Under the pieces are notes generated by a model, which searched no databases, was not told the origin of the DNA, and saw nothing but the letters and a program-made list of their open reading frames with translations. Shown piece by piece: positions 28,054-37,129 of a stretch of DNA of 64,000 nucleotides. A program made the translations under genes and the position numbers. Numbering within the stretch: position 1 is the stretch's first letter; every line of letters begins with the position of its first letter. The stretch comes from Ruminococcaceae bacterium UBA2854 (GTDB taxonomy: Bacteria; Bacillota; Clostridia; Oscillospirales; Acutalibacteraceae), in the NCBI GenBank assembly GCA_002350765.1, contig DEFK01000024.1, forward strand, positions 320 through 64,319, given 5' to 3'.

Positions 28054-28648
28054 CGTTTTCCTCCAGATACTTTATAAGTTCCGCTTTAAACTCCCTTAAA
28101 GCGTTTCCCCTATGGCTTACTTTATCCTTTTCCTCGGCTGAGACATTACCGAATGATACGCCGTTGTAAAGGAATATAGGGTCATATCCGAAACCGCCGT
28201 CGCCGTCAGGCTCATAAGCGATTTTTCCGAAGCACTTTCCCTCTACCTGTATTACGTCATCGTTCGGAAATACGCACGTAACAGCGCAGGTGTAATGAGC
28301 GCCTCGTCCGCTTTCGGGAGTATCCTTTAACTTTTCTAAAATAAGATTATTCTTATCTTCATCTGTAGCCGTTTCGCCCGCGAATCTTGCCGAGAATATC
28401 CCCGGAGCGCCGTCTAAAGCGTCTACACAGATTCCTGAATCGTCAGCTATAGCGGGATATCCTGTTTTATAACAGGCGGCTTTAGCTTTAATGTATGAGT
28501 TCTCCTTAAAGGTTGTACCCGTTTCCTCTACATCATCAAGAGATATCCCCGCGTCTTTCGGAGAAACGGCGTCAATCCCTAACGGAGAAAGAATTCTTTC
28601 GAGCTCAACGAGCTTTTGCGCGTTGTTTGTAGCTATAATAAATTTCAT
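28040..28648 (-). CDS. rdgB: XTP/dITP diphosphatase (RdgB/HAM1 family)
   Basis: 202 aa. Contains ATNN..K..E, DDSGL-like DDSGICVDALDGAPG, and FGYDPIF. Confidence 0.92.
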   Translation of the reverse strand: MKFIIATNNAQKLVELERILSPLGIDAVSPKDAGISLDDVEETGTTFKENSYIKAKAACYKTGYPAIADDSGICVDALDGAPGIFSARFAGETATDEDKNNLILEKLKDTPESGRGAHYTCAVTCVFPNDDVIQVEGKCFGKIAYEPDGDGGFGYDPIFLYNGVSFGNVSAEEKDKVSHRGNALREFKAELIKYLEENDVNK

Positions 28649-28649
28649 A

Positions 28650-29570
28650 TTATTCCTCGTTACTGAAATCGAATAATGCTTTCGAGAAAGCGTCAGGGTT
28701 GAACGGCTGAAGATCGTCGATCTGTTCGCCTACTCCGATATATTTTACAGGAACGTCAAGCGTGTTCTTAATAGCAAGAACAATACCGCCCTTTGCCGTA
28801 CCGTCAAGCTTGGTAAGAACTATACCTGTGATACCTGTCGCTTCCTTAAAGTGCTCAACCTGGGAAACGGCGTTCTGACCAGTTGTAGCGTCGAGAACGA
28901 GCAACACTTCCTTATCAGCGTCGGGGAGCTCTCTGTCGATTATACGGTTAATCTTGGCAAGCTCGTCCATAAGGTGCTTTTTATTATGGAGTCTGCCCGC
29001 TGTATCGGCGATAATAATATCCGCGCCTCTGGCTTTAGCGGCGGAAATTGCGTCATATACTACAGCGGCGGGATCGCTTCCCTCGTTCTGTTTAATAATA
29101 TCGCAACCGCTTCTGTCAGCCCAAATTTGCAACTGGTCAATAGCCGCGGCTCTGAATGTATCTGCGGCGGCTAAAAGAACCTTTTTACCTTCGTTTTTAA
29201 ACTGGTAAGCCATTTTACCGATAGTCGTAGTTTTACCGACGCCGTTTACACCGATAACAAGAATAACGGACGGATTTGTGTTAAGATTAAGCTCCTGGCC
29301 GCCTTTAAGCATTTCGCTTACAACTTCTTCCAAGAGATTCTGAATCTCTCCTGGATCGGTAGTGCCTGTTTCTTTAACCTTAGCTTTTACCTTATCGCAG
29401 ATTTCCTCGGCAGTCTGTACGCCGACATCACCCATTACCAGAAGCTCCTCAAGTTCTTCGAAAAGCTCCTCGTCGATTTTGGTGAATGATTTAAGCATTG
29501 AGCCAATCTGACCGATAACGCTGTCTCTTGTCTTTTTTAATCCTTCTTTAATTTTACTGAAAATTCCCAT
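28650..29570 (-). CDS. ftsY: signal recognition particle receptor FtsY
   Basis: 306 aa NG domain with GVNGVGKTTTIGK, DTAGR and TKLDG. Confidence 0.96.
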   Translation of the reverse strand: MGIFSKIKEGLKKTRDSVIGQIGSMLKSFTKIDEELFEELEELLVMGDVGVQTAEEICDKVKAKVKETGTTDPGEIQNLLEEVVSEMLKGGQELNLNTNPSVILVIGVNGVGKTTTIGKMAYQFKNEGKKVLLAAADTFRAAAIDQLQIWADRSGCDIIKQNEGSDPAAVVYDAISAAKARGADIIIADTAGRLHNKKHLMDELAKINRIIDRELPDADKEVLLVLDATTGQNAVSQVEHFKEATGITGIVLTKLDGTAKGGIVLAIKNTLDVPVKYIGVGEQIDDLQPFNPDAFSKALFDFSNEE

Positions 29571-29585
29571 AATTTCATTCCTTTA

Positions 29586-32500
29586 TTAAATTCCGAGTTT
29601 AGCGCTGACTTCGCTTGCTCTTAATTCAAGCAGCTTTGAAACGCCTTCGTCCTGCATTGTAACGCCGTAAAGCACATCAGCTTCCTCCATTGTACCGCGT
29701 CTGTGGGTAATAAGGATAAACTGTGTTTTGTTGGTAAGATTTCTTACATACTGCGCGAACCTGTCTACATTAACCTCATCCAGCGCCGCTTCAATCTCGT
29801 CCATTACGCAGAACGGAGCAGGTCTTACCTTCATAATAGCGAAGTATAAAGCGATAGCTACAAGCGCCTTTTCTCCGCCCGATAAAGCGTCGAGATGTAC
29901 GACGATCTTTCCAGGAGGATGAACTATAATATCTATTCCGCTTGTAAGAATATCTTCGGGATCCGTAAGCGCCAGAGAAGCTGTACCGCCTCCGAAAAGC
30001 TCCTTAAAGGTGTAGGTAAAATTCCTGTTGATTTCCTCGAAGCTCTTTATGAACTCCTCCTGCATCTGCTTTGTAAGGTCTTTTATAAGACGTTCGATTT
30101 CTTTCTTCGACTTTTCTACGTCGTTAACCTGAACGCTCATAAACGAGTATTTTTCGGAAACCTCTTTATATTCCTCAATAGCGCCGACATTAACGTTTCC
30201 TAAAGCTCTGATTTTCGATTTAAGCTCGTTTAACCTTGATTTTGATTCTGAAATACTTTCTAAATCAATCGCCTTTTCCTCAGCCTCTTTTTTGGTAAGC
30301 TGGTATTCCTCCCAAAGCTTGGAAATTATATTGTCGTATTCTTTTCTTAAATTTATTCTTCTTTCTTCAAGCCTTGCGAGCTCCTGACCCGCGGCTTCTC
30401 GCTCGTTATTCTTCTCTCTTTCGAGAACTCTAAGCTCTCCCGAACGTTTTTCAAGCTGAGCTTTTTTCTCGTTAATATCTTCTATCTTTTTGTTAAAGGA
30501 CTTAATGCTTTCGTCGGAACTGTTGATATCATTTTTAAGAGATTCGATTTTACTTTCAGTATTAGCTATAACGGAATTTAAGCTTTCTATCTCTCTTAAA
30601 ATATCCGACTTTCTTGAATCCCTGCTTTCTTCGGTGGAAATAGCGTAGGAAATCTCGGAATTCAAGGTATCAATATCCTTTTTTGCGGTGACGATTTCCA
30701 GCCTGATATTCTGGAGCTTTTCGCTCATACTCTCACGCTGTTCGGTGAGCTTGGTACGGTTGCCCGTAATCTCCGACATCTGCGCTTCGTATTCAGAAAT
30801 CGACCAGTTAATATCATCGAGCTGTTCTTTAGCTCTCTGTTCATCAACTTTAAATTGTTTGATTCTCTCTTTACAGCTTTTAATCTCTGCTTCAGCCTCG
30901 TCTATAGCCTGTTTCTGTGTATTAAGTTCATTCTCGCAAGCCTTAGCCTCGGTTAGAATACGAACCTGCTCCTGTTTAGAATTGGATAAATCAGCTCTTG
31001 TCGCAAGGATTTCACCTTCTATAGAAGCGAAATCAGAAACAGCTTTTTCGAGAAGTTTTTCGGAGTCTAACGCCTTTTTGTTTAAATCCTCGGCTGTTTT
31101 CTTATGCTTCGAAATCTCGCTCGCTCTTGAAAGCAAGCCTGATTTCTTACCGAGCGAACCGCCTGTAAGAGAACCGCCCGCGTTTACAACCTGACCGTCG
31201 AGAGTTACGACCTTAAAGCGGTAGTTATATTTCTTAGCTATTGTAGTAGCGCTGTTTAAATCCTCGGCAACTACAATACGTCCGAGAAGTGATTTAAGAA
31301 TATTATTGTATTCGGGCTTACAATCACATAAATCGGAAGCGATTCCGATAAAGCCGTATAAATCGTCAACGCCTTTTTCGGTGAATTCTTTAGGCTTAAT
31401 CGTATTCATAGGCAGGAAAGTCGCTCGACCGCCGTCACGTTTTTTAAGGAATGCGATAGCGGCTTTAGCGTCCTGCTCTGTAGCGGTAACGATATTCTGC
31501 ATAGCCGCGCCTAGAGCGATTTCGATAGCTACAGTATATTCGGCAGGAACCTCTATAATTCTTGATACAGGCCCTCTTATGCCTTTAAGCTGACCGTTTT
31601 TGGACGCTTTTACTACATTCTTTACCGAATACGAGAATCCCTCGAGGTTTCTCTCTAAATCTTCAAGCAGTTTAACTCTTCTTAAAGCCTGCTCGGCGTC
31701 TAACTTCAGATTATCGGTTTTTTCCTTTAACTCGTCTCTCTTTTTCTTTCTTGACTCGAGCTTTAGCTCCAGTCCTTTTACGGAGTTTTCTAAAGACTCA
31801 ACCTCGGAATTGATCTTATCAATTTTAGTTTCGTATTCCTTAGAAATCTCGAGAGTTGTTTCGTACTGCTCGCCGCGCTGAGAATTTGATTCCATAATAT
31901 TCTCAATACGGGATTGCAGCTCTGTTACAGATGTGACGCTCGTCATTTGTGTAACACGCGCGTCAGCTGACTGAGCGGTAAGCTCCGCGAGCTTAGAGCT
32001 TAATTCCTGTATTTTATCGCCGCTTCTGCTTGAATCGGTATTGATAATATTCAGCTTGTCCGAAACCTCATCATATAATTCCTGCTTTTCGGAAATATAC
32101 TTATCAAGCTCGGAAATCTTTTCTTTCTTAGCCTCAATACTGTTTAAAGCGTCCTCGGCGTCGATATCAACCTTTTTAATTTCTTCTTTTAATCTTTCTA
32201 TATTCTCTTTATTATGAAGAATATCATTCTCGCAAACGGAAACCGAGGATTTTTTAGAGCTCATCTCAGCCATCACGTTGTTGATATTCTCTCTTATATC
32301 CTCTATATCGGAGGAGAATTGCGCGTTTTTAAGGTAAATGCTTTCGGTTTCGTTCTGGATATCGTCTAAAGCCTCGCCCGCCTGCTTGTGCTGGATACGG
32401 GAGATCTCGATTTTATCCTCTTCCTCTTTTATAACCTTATTGCTGTTATTAAGAGTATTTACCCAAAGCGCGATTTCGATATCTTTCTTCTCGTCGGAGT

Positions 32501-33152
32501 ATTCAAGAAATCTTTGAGCCTTATCCGACTGTTTTTTAAGCGGGCCTACACGTTCCTCTAAGTCGGAAACGATATCCCTTAAACGGAGGAGGTTGTCATC
32601 GGTATGTTTTAGCTTTCTTTCGGATTCAATCTTCTTGTATCTGTATCTCGAAATACCAGCGGCTTCCTCGAAGATTTCACGTCTGTCCTCGCTTTTCGAG
32701 GAAACGATACTGTCGATTTTGCCCTGGCCAATCATAGAATAACCGTCGCGACCGAGACCTGTATCCATAAACAGCTCGTTAATATCTTTAAGACGAACCT
32801 GAGCGCCGTTTATTAGATACTCGCTCTCACCGCTTCTGAAATATCTTCTTGTAACGGCTACATTATCGCCGTCATACGGTAAAAACCTGTCTTTATTAGA
32901 GATATTTAAAGTAACCTCCGCGTAGCCTTTCGCTTTTCTGTCATCGGTTCCGTTGAAAACAACGTCTTCCATTTTAGAACAGCGCAGGCTTTTAGGCGAC
33001 TGCTCGCCGAGTACCCAGCGTATAGCGTCGCTTATATTACTTTTACCTGAACCGTTAGGACCTACAACAGAGGTCATACCTGTATCGAAGGTTAATTTAG
33101 TTTTATCGGGAAATGTTTTAAAGCCTTGAATTTCAAGGGATTTTAACAGCAT
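29586..33152 (-). CDS. smc: chromosome segregation protein SMC
   Basis: 1188 aa. Has Walker A GPNGSGKSN, long coiled coils, a hinge, and C-terminal LSGGEKAL plus the Walker B-type segment FCVMDEIEAALD. Confidence 0.97.
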   Translation of the reverse strand: MLLKSLEIQGFKTFPDKTKLTFDTGMTSVVGPNGSGKSNISDAIRWVLGEQSPKSLRCSKMEDVVFNGTDDRKAKGYAEVTLNISNKDRFLPYDGDNVAVTRRYFRSGESEYLINGAQVRLKDINELFMDTGLGRDGYSMIGQGKIDSIVSSKSEDRREIFEEAAGISRYRYKKIESERKLKHTDDNLLRLRDIVSDLEERVGPLKKQSDKAQRFLEYSDEKKDIEIALWVNTLNNSNKVIKEEEDKIEISRIQHKQAGEALDDIQNETESIYLKNAQFSSDIEDIRENINNVMAEMSSKKSSVSVCENDILHNKENIERLKEEIKKVDIDAEDALNSIEAKKEKISELDKYISEKQELYDEVSDKLNIINTDSSRSGDKIQELSSKLAELTAQSADARVTQMTSVTSVTELQSRIENIMESNSQRGEQYETTLEISKEYETKIDKINSEVESLENSVKGLELKLESRKKKRDELKEKTDNLKLDAEQALRRVKLLEDLERNLEGFSYSVKNVVKASKNGQLKGIRGPVSRIIEVPAEYTVAIEIALGAAMQNIVTATEQDAKAAIAFLKKRDGGRATFLPMNTIKPKEFTEKGVDDLYGFIGIASDLCDCKPEYNNILKSLLGRIVVAEDLNSATTIAKKYNYRFKVVTLDGQVVNAGGSLTGGSLGKKSGLLSRASEISKHKKTAEDLNKKALDSEKLLEKAVSDFASIEGEILATRADLSNSKQEQVRILTEAKACENELNTQKQAIDEAEAEIKSCKERIKQFKVDEQRAKEQLDDINWSISEYEAQMSEITGNRTKLTEQRESMSEKLQNIRLEIVTAKKDIDTLNSEISYAISTEESRDSRKSDILREIESLNSVIANTESKIESLKNDINSSDESIKSFNKKIEDINEKKAQLEKRSGELRVLEREKNNEREAAGQELARLEERRINLRKEYDNIISKLWEEYQLTKKEAEEKAIDLESISESKSRLNELKSKIRALGNVNVGAIEEYKEVSEKYSFMSVQVNDVEKSKKEIERLIKDLTKQMQEEFIKSFEEINRNFTYTFKELFGGGTASLALTDPEDILTSGIDIIVHPPGKIVVHLDALSGGEKALVAIALYFAIMKVRPAPFCVMDEIEAALDEVNVDRFAQYVRNLTNKTQFILITHRRGTMEEADVLYGVTMQDEGVSKLLELRASEVSAKLGI

Positions 33153-33156
33153 TTTA

Positions 33157-34146
33157 TCACCTGTTTATTAATATATCGTATTTACTAAGATTGTTGTCGG
33201 TTTTAAAAACCACATTATATCCTAGGTTGTTTAACTCTTTTATATTACTTTTATTCTGTCCGATAGCTTTAGATAAGGATTTTTTATTAACATAAACGGT
33301 AAAATCCTTACTATCGTAGTTTTTAACTTCGCTTAATATTTTGTTTAAGAAAATTTTACTTTCGCAAAGCTCCTTAAACGCGGGATGATAGTTTTTTGCT
33401 ACATCATTTTCTTTTAATGAGTCGCTGTAATGAAGTCCTACGCGGATAACATCAATACTATTTTTATAGAACATCGTTATTATTTCAGAGCAAAGCTCTA
33501 CCGACTCGGATAAAGTCATCGGAACATATAAGCCTTTATTGTATAAGGTTTCAAGCTCCGTGTTTTTCATAACTACGGTCGGATAAATCCTTACGCAATC
33601 TGGCTTTAATTTTATAAACTCATTAGCTGTATATAAATCGGAATTATAATCCGACTTATAAAGCCCCGTCATCATCTGTAATCCGAGGTTGAAGCCGTAG
33701 CTTTTTATAAGCTTTGAAGCTTTTACTACATCCAAAGCGTTATGACCTCTTTTATTAGCTTTAAGCACTTCATCGTTCATCGACTGCGCTCCGAGCTCAA
33801 TAGTAGTAACATTATATTTCTTTAAAAGAAGTAAAACTTCATCGTTAATATAATCAGGTCTGGTGGAAAGGCGTATCCCTTTAAACAATTCAATATAAGG
33901 AACCGTTGCATCGAGCAGCGAGAGCATATATTCTCTTTTAATCGCCGTAAAGCTTCCGCCGAAAAAAGCGATTTCAGATTCTTTCGTTAATTCTCCTAAA
34001 TCCTTTATAGCCTTTTCTACAGCCGATTTTACATCCTCGGTCGAGGGTTGTTTAACCTGACCTGTAATTTTAGTCTGCTCACAGAACGAGCATTGATGGG
34101 GACATCCGTTATGCGGAACGAAGATCGCGATATTACTGTGATTAAT
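33157..34146 (-). CDS. radical SAM protein (ELP3/histone-acetyltransferase-like radical SAM family)
   Basis: The track ORF (33157..33927) is extended by my own translation to ..INHSNIAIFVPHNGCPHQCSFCEQTK.., which contains the CxxxCxxC motif. There is no ATG, GTG or TTG upstream of that motif. The likely start is ATT at 34146..34144. See findings. Confidence 0.75.
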   Translation of the reverse strand: MNHSNIAIFVPHNGCPHQCSFCEQTKITGQVKQPSTEDVKSAVEKAIKDLGELTKESEIAFFGGSFTAIKREYMLSLLDATVPYIELFKGIRLSTRPDYINDEVLLLLKKYNVTTIELGAQSMNDEVLKANKRGHNALDVVKASKLIKSYGFNLGLQMMTGLYKSDYNSDLYTANEFIKLKPDCVRIYPTVVMKNTELETLYNKGLYVPMTLSESVELCSEIITMFYKNSIDVIRVGLHYSDSLKENDVAKNYHPAFKELCESKIFLNKILSEVKNYDSKDFTVYVNKKSLSKAIGQNKSNIKELNNLGYNVVFKTDNNLSKYDILINR

Positions 34147-34819
34147 AGCCCATCAACTCCAAAGCTTCCTTAGCGGCGTTCTGCTCGGCTTCTTTTTTAC
34201 TTCTACCGCCGCCTTTACCGATAGCGTTGCTGTTTAAAAGAACTTCAAATACAAAATGCTTATCGTGGTCGGGACCTGTCTCGGAAACAAGACGGTAGGA
34301 TATTTTTTCACCCGGGTTTTTCTGTACAATTTCCTGTAATGTTGTTTTATAATCCTTAAAAGGCTTTGTGTTTCTGTTATTTATTTCGGGGATTACAAAT
34401 CTTAAAATATGCTTTCTAGCGGGCTCAATACCGCCGTCGAGATAAATCGCGGCAATTACAGCCTCGAACGCGTCCGATACAATTGACGGACGTTGCGCTC
34501 CCCCGCCGTTTTTTTCACCTTTACTAAGCTTTAAGTAGTCGCCGAGGTTAATCTCCTTGCCGAACTTAAATAAAGCTTTCTCGCAAACGAGAGAAGATCT
34601 TAGCTTGGTAAGCTCGCCCTCGGGCAATTCAGGCATATTCTCAAATATGTAATCAGCTACAACGATAGATAAAACCGCGTCGCCTAAAAATTCCAGGCGC
34701 TCGTTGCATTTTACGCCCTTGTCCTTCATCTCGTTAGCGTAAGAAGAATGAGTCAGCGCCACTTGTAAAAGCTTAGGATTATTAAATTTATAATCTATTA
34801 CTTTTTCAAAATCTTTCAT
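34142..34819 (-). CDS. rnc: ribonuclease III
   Basis: 225 aa. Has the signature ERLEFLGDAVL and a C-terminal dsRBD. Confidence 0.95.
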   Translation of the reverse strand: MKDFEKVIDYKFNNPKLLQVALTHSSYANEMKDKGVKCNERLEFLGDAVLSIVVADYIFENMPELPEGELTKLRSSLVCEKALFKFGKEINLGDYLKLSKGEKNGGGAQRPSIVSDAFEAVIAAIYLDGGIEPARKHILRFVIPEINNRNTKPFKDYKTTLQEIVQKNPGEKISYRLVSETGPDHDKHFVFEVLLNSNAIGKGGGRSKKEAEQNAAKEALELMGY

Positions 34820-34826
34820 ACTTTCC

Positions 34827-35819
34827 TCATTTTACATTTACAGCGTTTGTAATTTCGCTTATAACGTCAGCCTCTACATAATTCTTGGTAAGTCTTATAG
34901 CGTTCTTAAAGGTTTTTGCTTTAGAGCTTCCATGAGCTTTAAATACAGGCTTTGCCGTACCCATAATCGGAGCGCCGCCGTGCTCATTATAGTCAAATTC
35001 CTTAACCATAGATTTTAAATCTTTCATTACTAAAGCGGCGGCAAGCTTGTTTTTCGCGCTCTTGGAGAACAGCTCTTTAACCTTTACCATAATAGCCTTC
35101 GCTGTACCCTCGTAAGTTTTAAGAGCGATATTGCCTGTGAATCCGTCGCATACAGCTAAATCACAGCAGCCGTACGGTAAATCTCTGCCCTCTACGTTAC
35201 CTATAAAGTTAATGTCAGCTTCTTTTAACAGCTCGTACGCGTTACGCTGAAGCTCCATTCCTTTATGTTCCTCGGTACCTACGTTAATAAGACCGACTCT
35301 GGGGTTATCAACCTTCATCACGTTCTTCATATAAGCCGAAGCCATTACGGCGTACTGTACAATCATTTCGGGACGAGATTCAAGATTAGCTCCCGCGTCA
35401 ATAAGCATAAAGCATCCTCCGCCGAAATGCGGTAATATAGGAGCGAACGCGGGTCGTTTAATACCCTTTATACGTTTAGCTATAAGAGTACCGCCTACAC
35501 AAAGCGCGCCGCTGTTACCCGCGCTTACAAAAGCGTCGCCGTCGCCGTTTGCGAGCATTTTAAGTCCGACAGACATCGAGCTGTCAGGCTTCTTTTTTAA
35601 TACCGCGTCAGCGTCCTCGTCGGTTGCGATTACTTCGGTAGCGTTAACTATTCCCATACTTGAAATATCAATATTGTTCTCGGAGGAAACTGATTTTATA
35701 ACGTCTTCCTGTCCTACAAGAATAATATCTACACCATATTCGTTGTGAGCGTCCAGGGCTCCTTTTATTATTTCGAGAGGAGCGTTGTCTCCGCCCATCG
35801 CGTCAACTATTATTTTCAT
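34827..35819 (-). CDS. plsX: phosphate acyltransferase PlsX
   Basis: 330 aa. Has an MKI.VDAMGGD N-terminus and GNVEG. Confidence 0.95.
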   Translation of the reverse strand: MKIIVDAMGGDNAPLEIIKGALDAHNEYGVDIILVGQEDVIKSVSSENNIDISSMGIVNATEVIATDEDADAVLKKKPDSSMSVGLKMLANGDGDAFVSAGNSGALCVGGTLIAKRIKGIKRPAFAPILPHFGGGCFMLIDAGANLESRPEMIVQYAVMASAYMKNVMKVDNPRVGLINVGTEEHKGMELQRNAYELLKEADINFIGNVEGRDLPYGCCDLAVCDGFTGNIALKTYEGTAKAIMVKVKELFSKSAKNKLAAALVMKDLKSMVKEFDYNEHGGAPIMGTAKPVFKAHGSSKAKTFKNAIRLTKNYVEADVISEITNAVNVK

Positions 35820-37129
35820 AATCTCACGCTTTCTAAATATATTTTTAAATCAGCTAAAGCTCTGTCGGCATACGCTTGTCCGCGCTCGCGTTTATCGCGG
35901 GGACGGTCTTTAAGCTCGGGCAGTACGCCGAAATTAGCGCCCATAGGCTGAAAGTCTTTTACTGTATCGTCAGCTATATAACGGCTTAACGCGCCAATCA
36001 TAGTAGTTTCTGGTAATACTATCGGGATTTCATCATTCAGCTTTCGAGCCGCGTTTATTCCCGCGATTATACCCGAGGAAGCGCTTTCCATATAACCCTC
36101 AACGCCTGTGATCTGACCCGCAAAAAAGATATTGCCGTTTTTCTTTACGCTGAAATCACTGTTAAGTATCTCGGGAGAGTTCAAGAAAGTGTTTCTGTGC
36201 ATTACACCGTAGCGGATAAACTCCGCGTTTTTTAAAGCGGGTATCAGCCCGAAAACCCTCTTTTGCTCGGAGAATTTAAGGTTAGTCTGGAATCCTACTA
36301 GGTTATACATAGTACCCGCTGAATTCTCCTTACGAAGCTGGAGTACCGCCCAAGGTCTGTGACCTGTGTTCGGGTCGGTAAGTCCTACGGGCTTCATCGG
36401 GCCGAAACGGATTGTATCGTGGCCTCTCTGCGCCATCACCTCAATCGGCATACAACCCTCGTACACCTTAGGATCTCTGACATCAAAATCATGTATAGGA
36501 GCTCTCTCGGCGTTAACAAGCGCGTCGTAGAACACTTCGTACTCCTCTTTATTCATAGGACAATTAAGGTAATCGGTTTTATCGCCCTTGCCGTACCTTG
36601 ATTCAAAAAACGCCCTGTTCATATCAACGCTTTTAAAATCAACAATTGGAGCGGCTGCGTCAAAGAACGATAGCGAACCGCCGATTTCTTTATTGATATA
36701 CTCCGCAAGGCTGTCGGATGTAAGCGGACCGGTAGCTATAACCGTGATTTTTGAAAAATCAATCTTAGTAATCTCTTTATTTATAACGGTAATGTTTTTA
36801 TTCGCCTTAATTTCATTGGTTACGAGCTTAGAAAAAATATTTCTGTCAACCGCTAAGGCTCCGCCCGCGGGAACTCTTGCTTTATCAGCTGCTTTTAAGA
36901 GAATCGAGTCAAGAACCCTCATCTCCTCTTTTAAAAGTCCCGCCGCGGAATTTACCCTGTCAGCTTTAAATGAGTTCGAGCATACAAGCTCGGCGAATAA
37001 ATCGCTTTTGTGTGCGGGAGAATGTTTCTCAGGCTTCATCTCGTAAAGATTTACCTTTATTCCCCTTTTCGCTAACTGATAAGCCGCCTCGCATCCCGCG
37101 AGACCTGCGCCGATTACGTTAACGCACAT
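35816..37129 (-). CDS. trmFO: methylenetetrahydrofolate--tRNA-(uracil54-C5)-methyltransferase TrmFO
   Basis: 437 aa. Has the FAD motif VIGAGLAGCEAA. Sits in the topA-trmFO (gid) position as in Bacillus. Confidence 0.95.
   Translation of the reverse strand: MCVNVIGAGLAGCEAAYQLAKRGIKVNLYEMKPEKHSPAHKSDLFAELVCSNSFKADRVNSAAGLLKEEMRVLDSILLKAADKARVPAGGALAVDRNIFSKLVTNEIKANKNITVINKEITKIDFSKITVIATGPLTSDSLAEYINKEIGGSLSFFDAAAPIVDFKSVDMNRAFFESRYGKGDKTDYLNCPMNKEEYEVFYDALVNAERAPIHDFDVRDPKVYEGCMPIEVMAQRGHDTIRFGPMKPVGLTDPNTGHRPWAVLQLRKENSAGTMYNLVGFQTNLKFSEQKRVFGLIPALKNAEFIRYGVMHRNTFLNSPEILNSDFSVKKNGNIFFAGQITGVEGYMESASSGIIAGINAARKLNDEIPIVLPETTMIGALSRYIADDTVKDFQPMGANFGVLPELKDRPRDKRERGQAYADRALADLKIYLESVRL

Noticed and set aside
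30688-31194. Long antisense ORFs inside well-supported genes: 2819..3244 (in ylqF/rnhB), 24515..24973 and 25841..26161 (in leuS), 30688..31194 (in smc), 36588..37046 (in trmFO), 55518..56018 (in copA), and many shorter ones in the track.
   Set aside because: All lie opposite genes with unmistakable family motifs. Their products are low-complexity and Ser/Leu/Ile-rich, they have no SD, and they fit the usual stop-poor antisense frame of coiled-coil or Ala/Gly/Val-rich genes.
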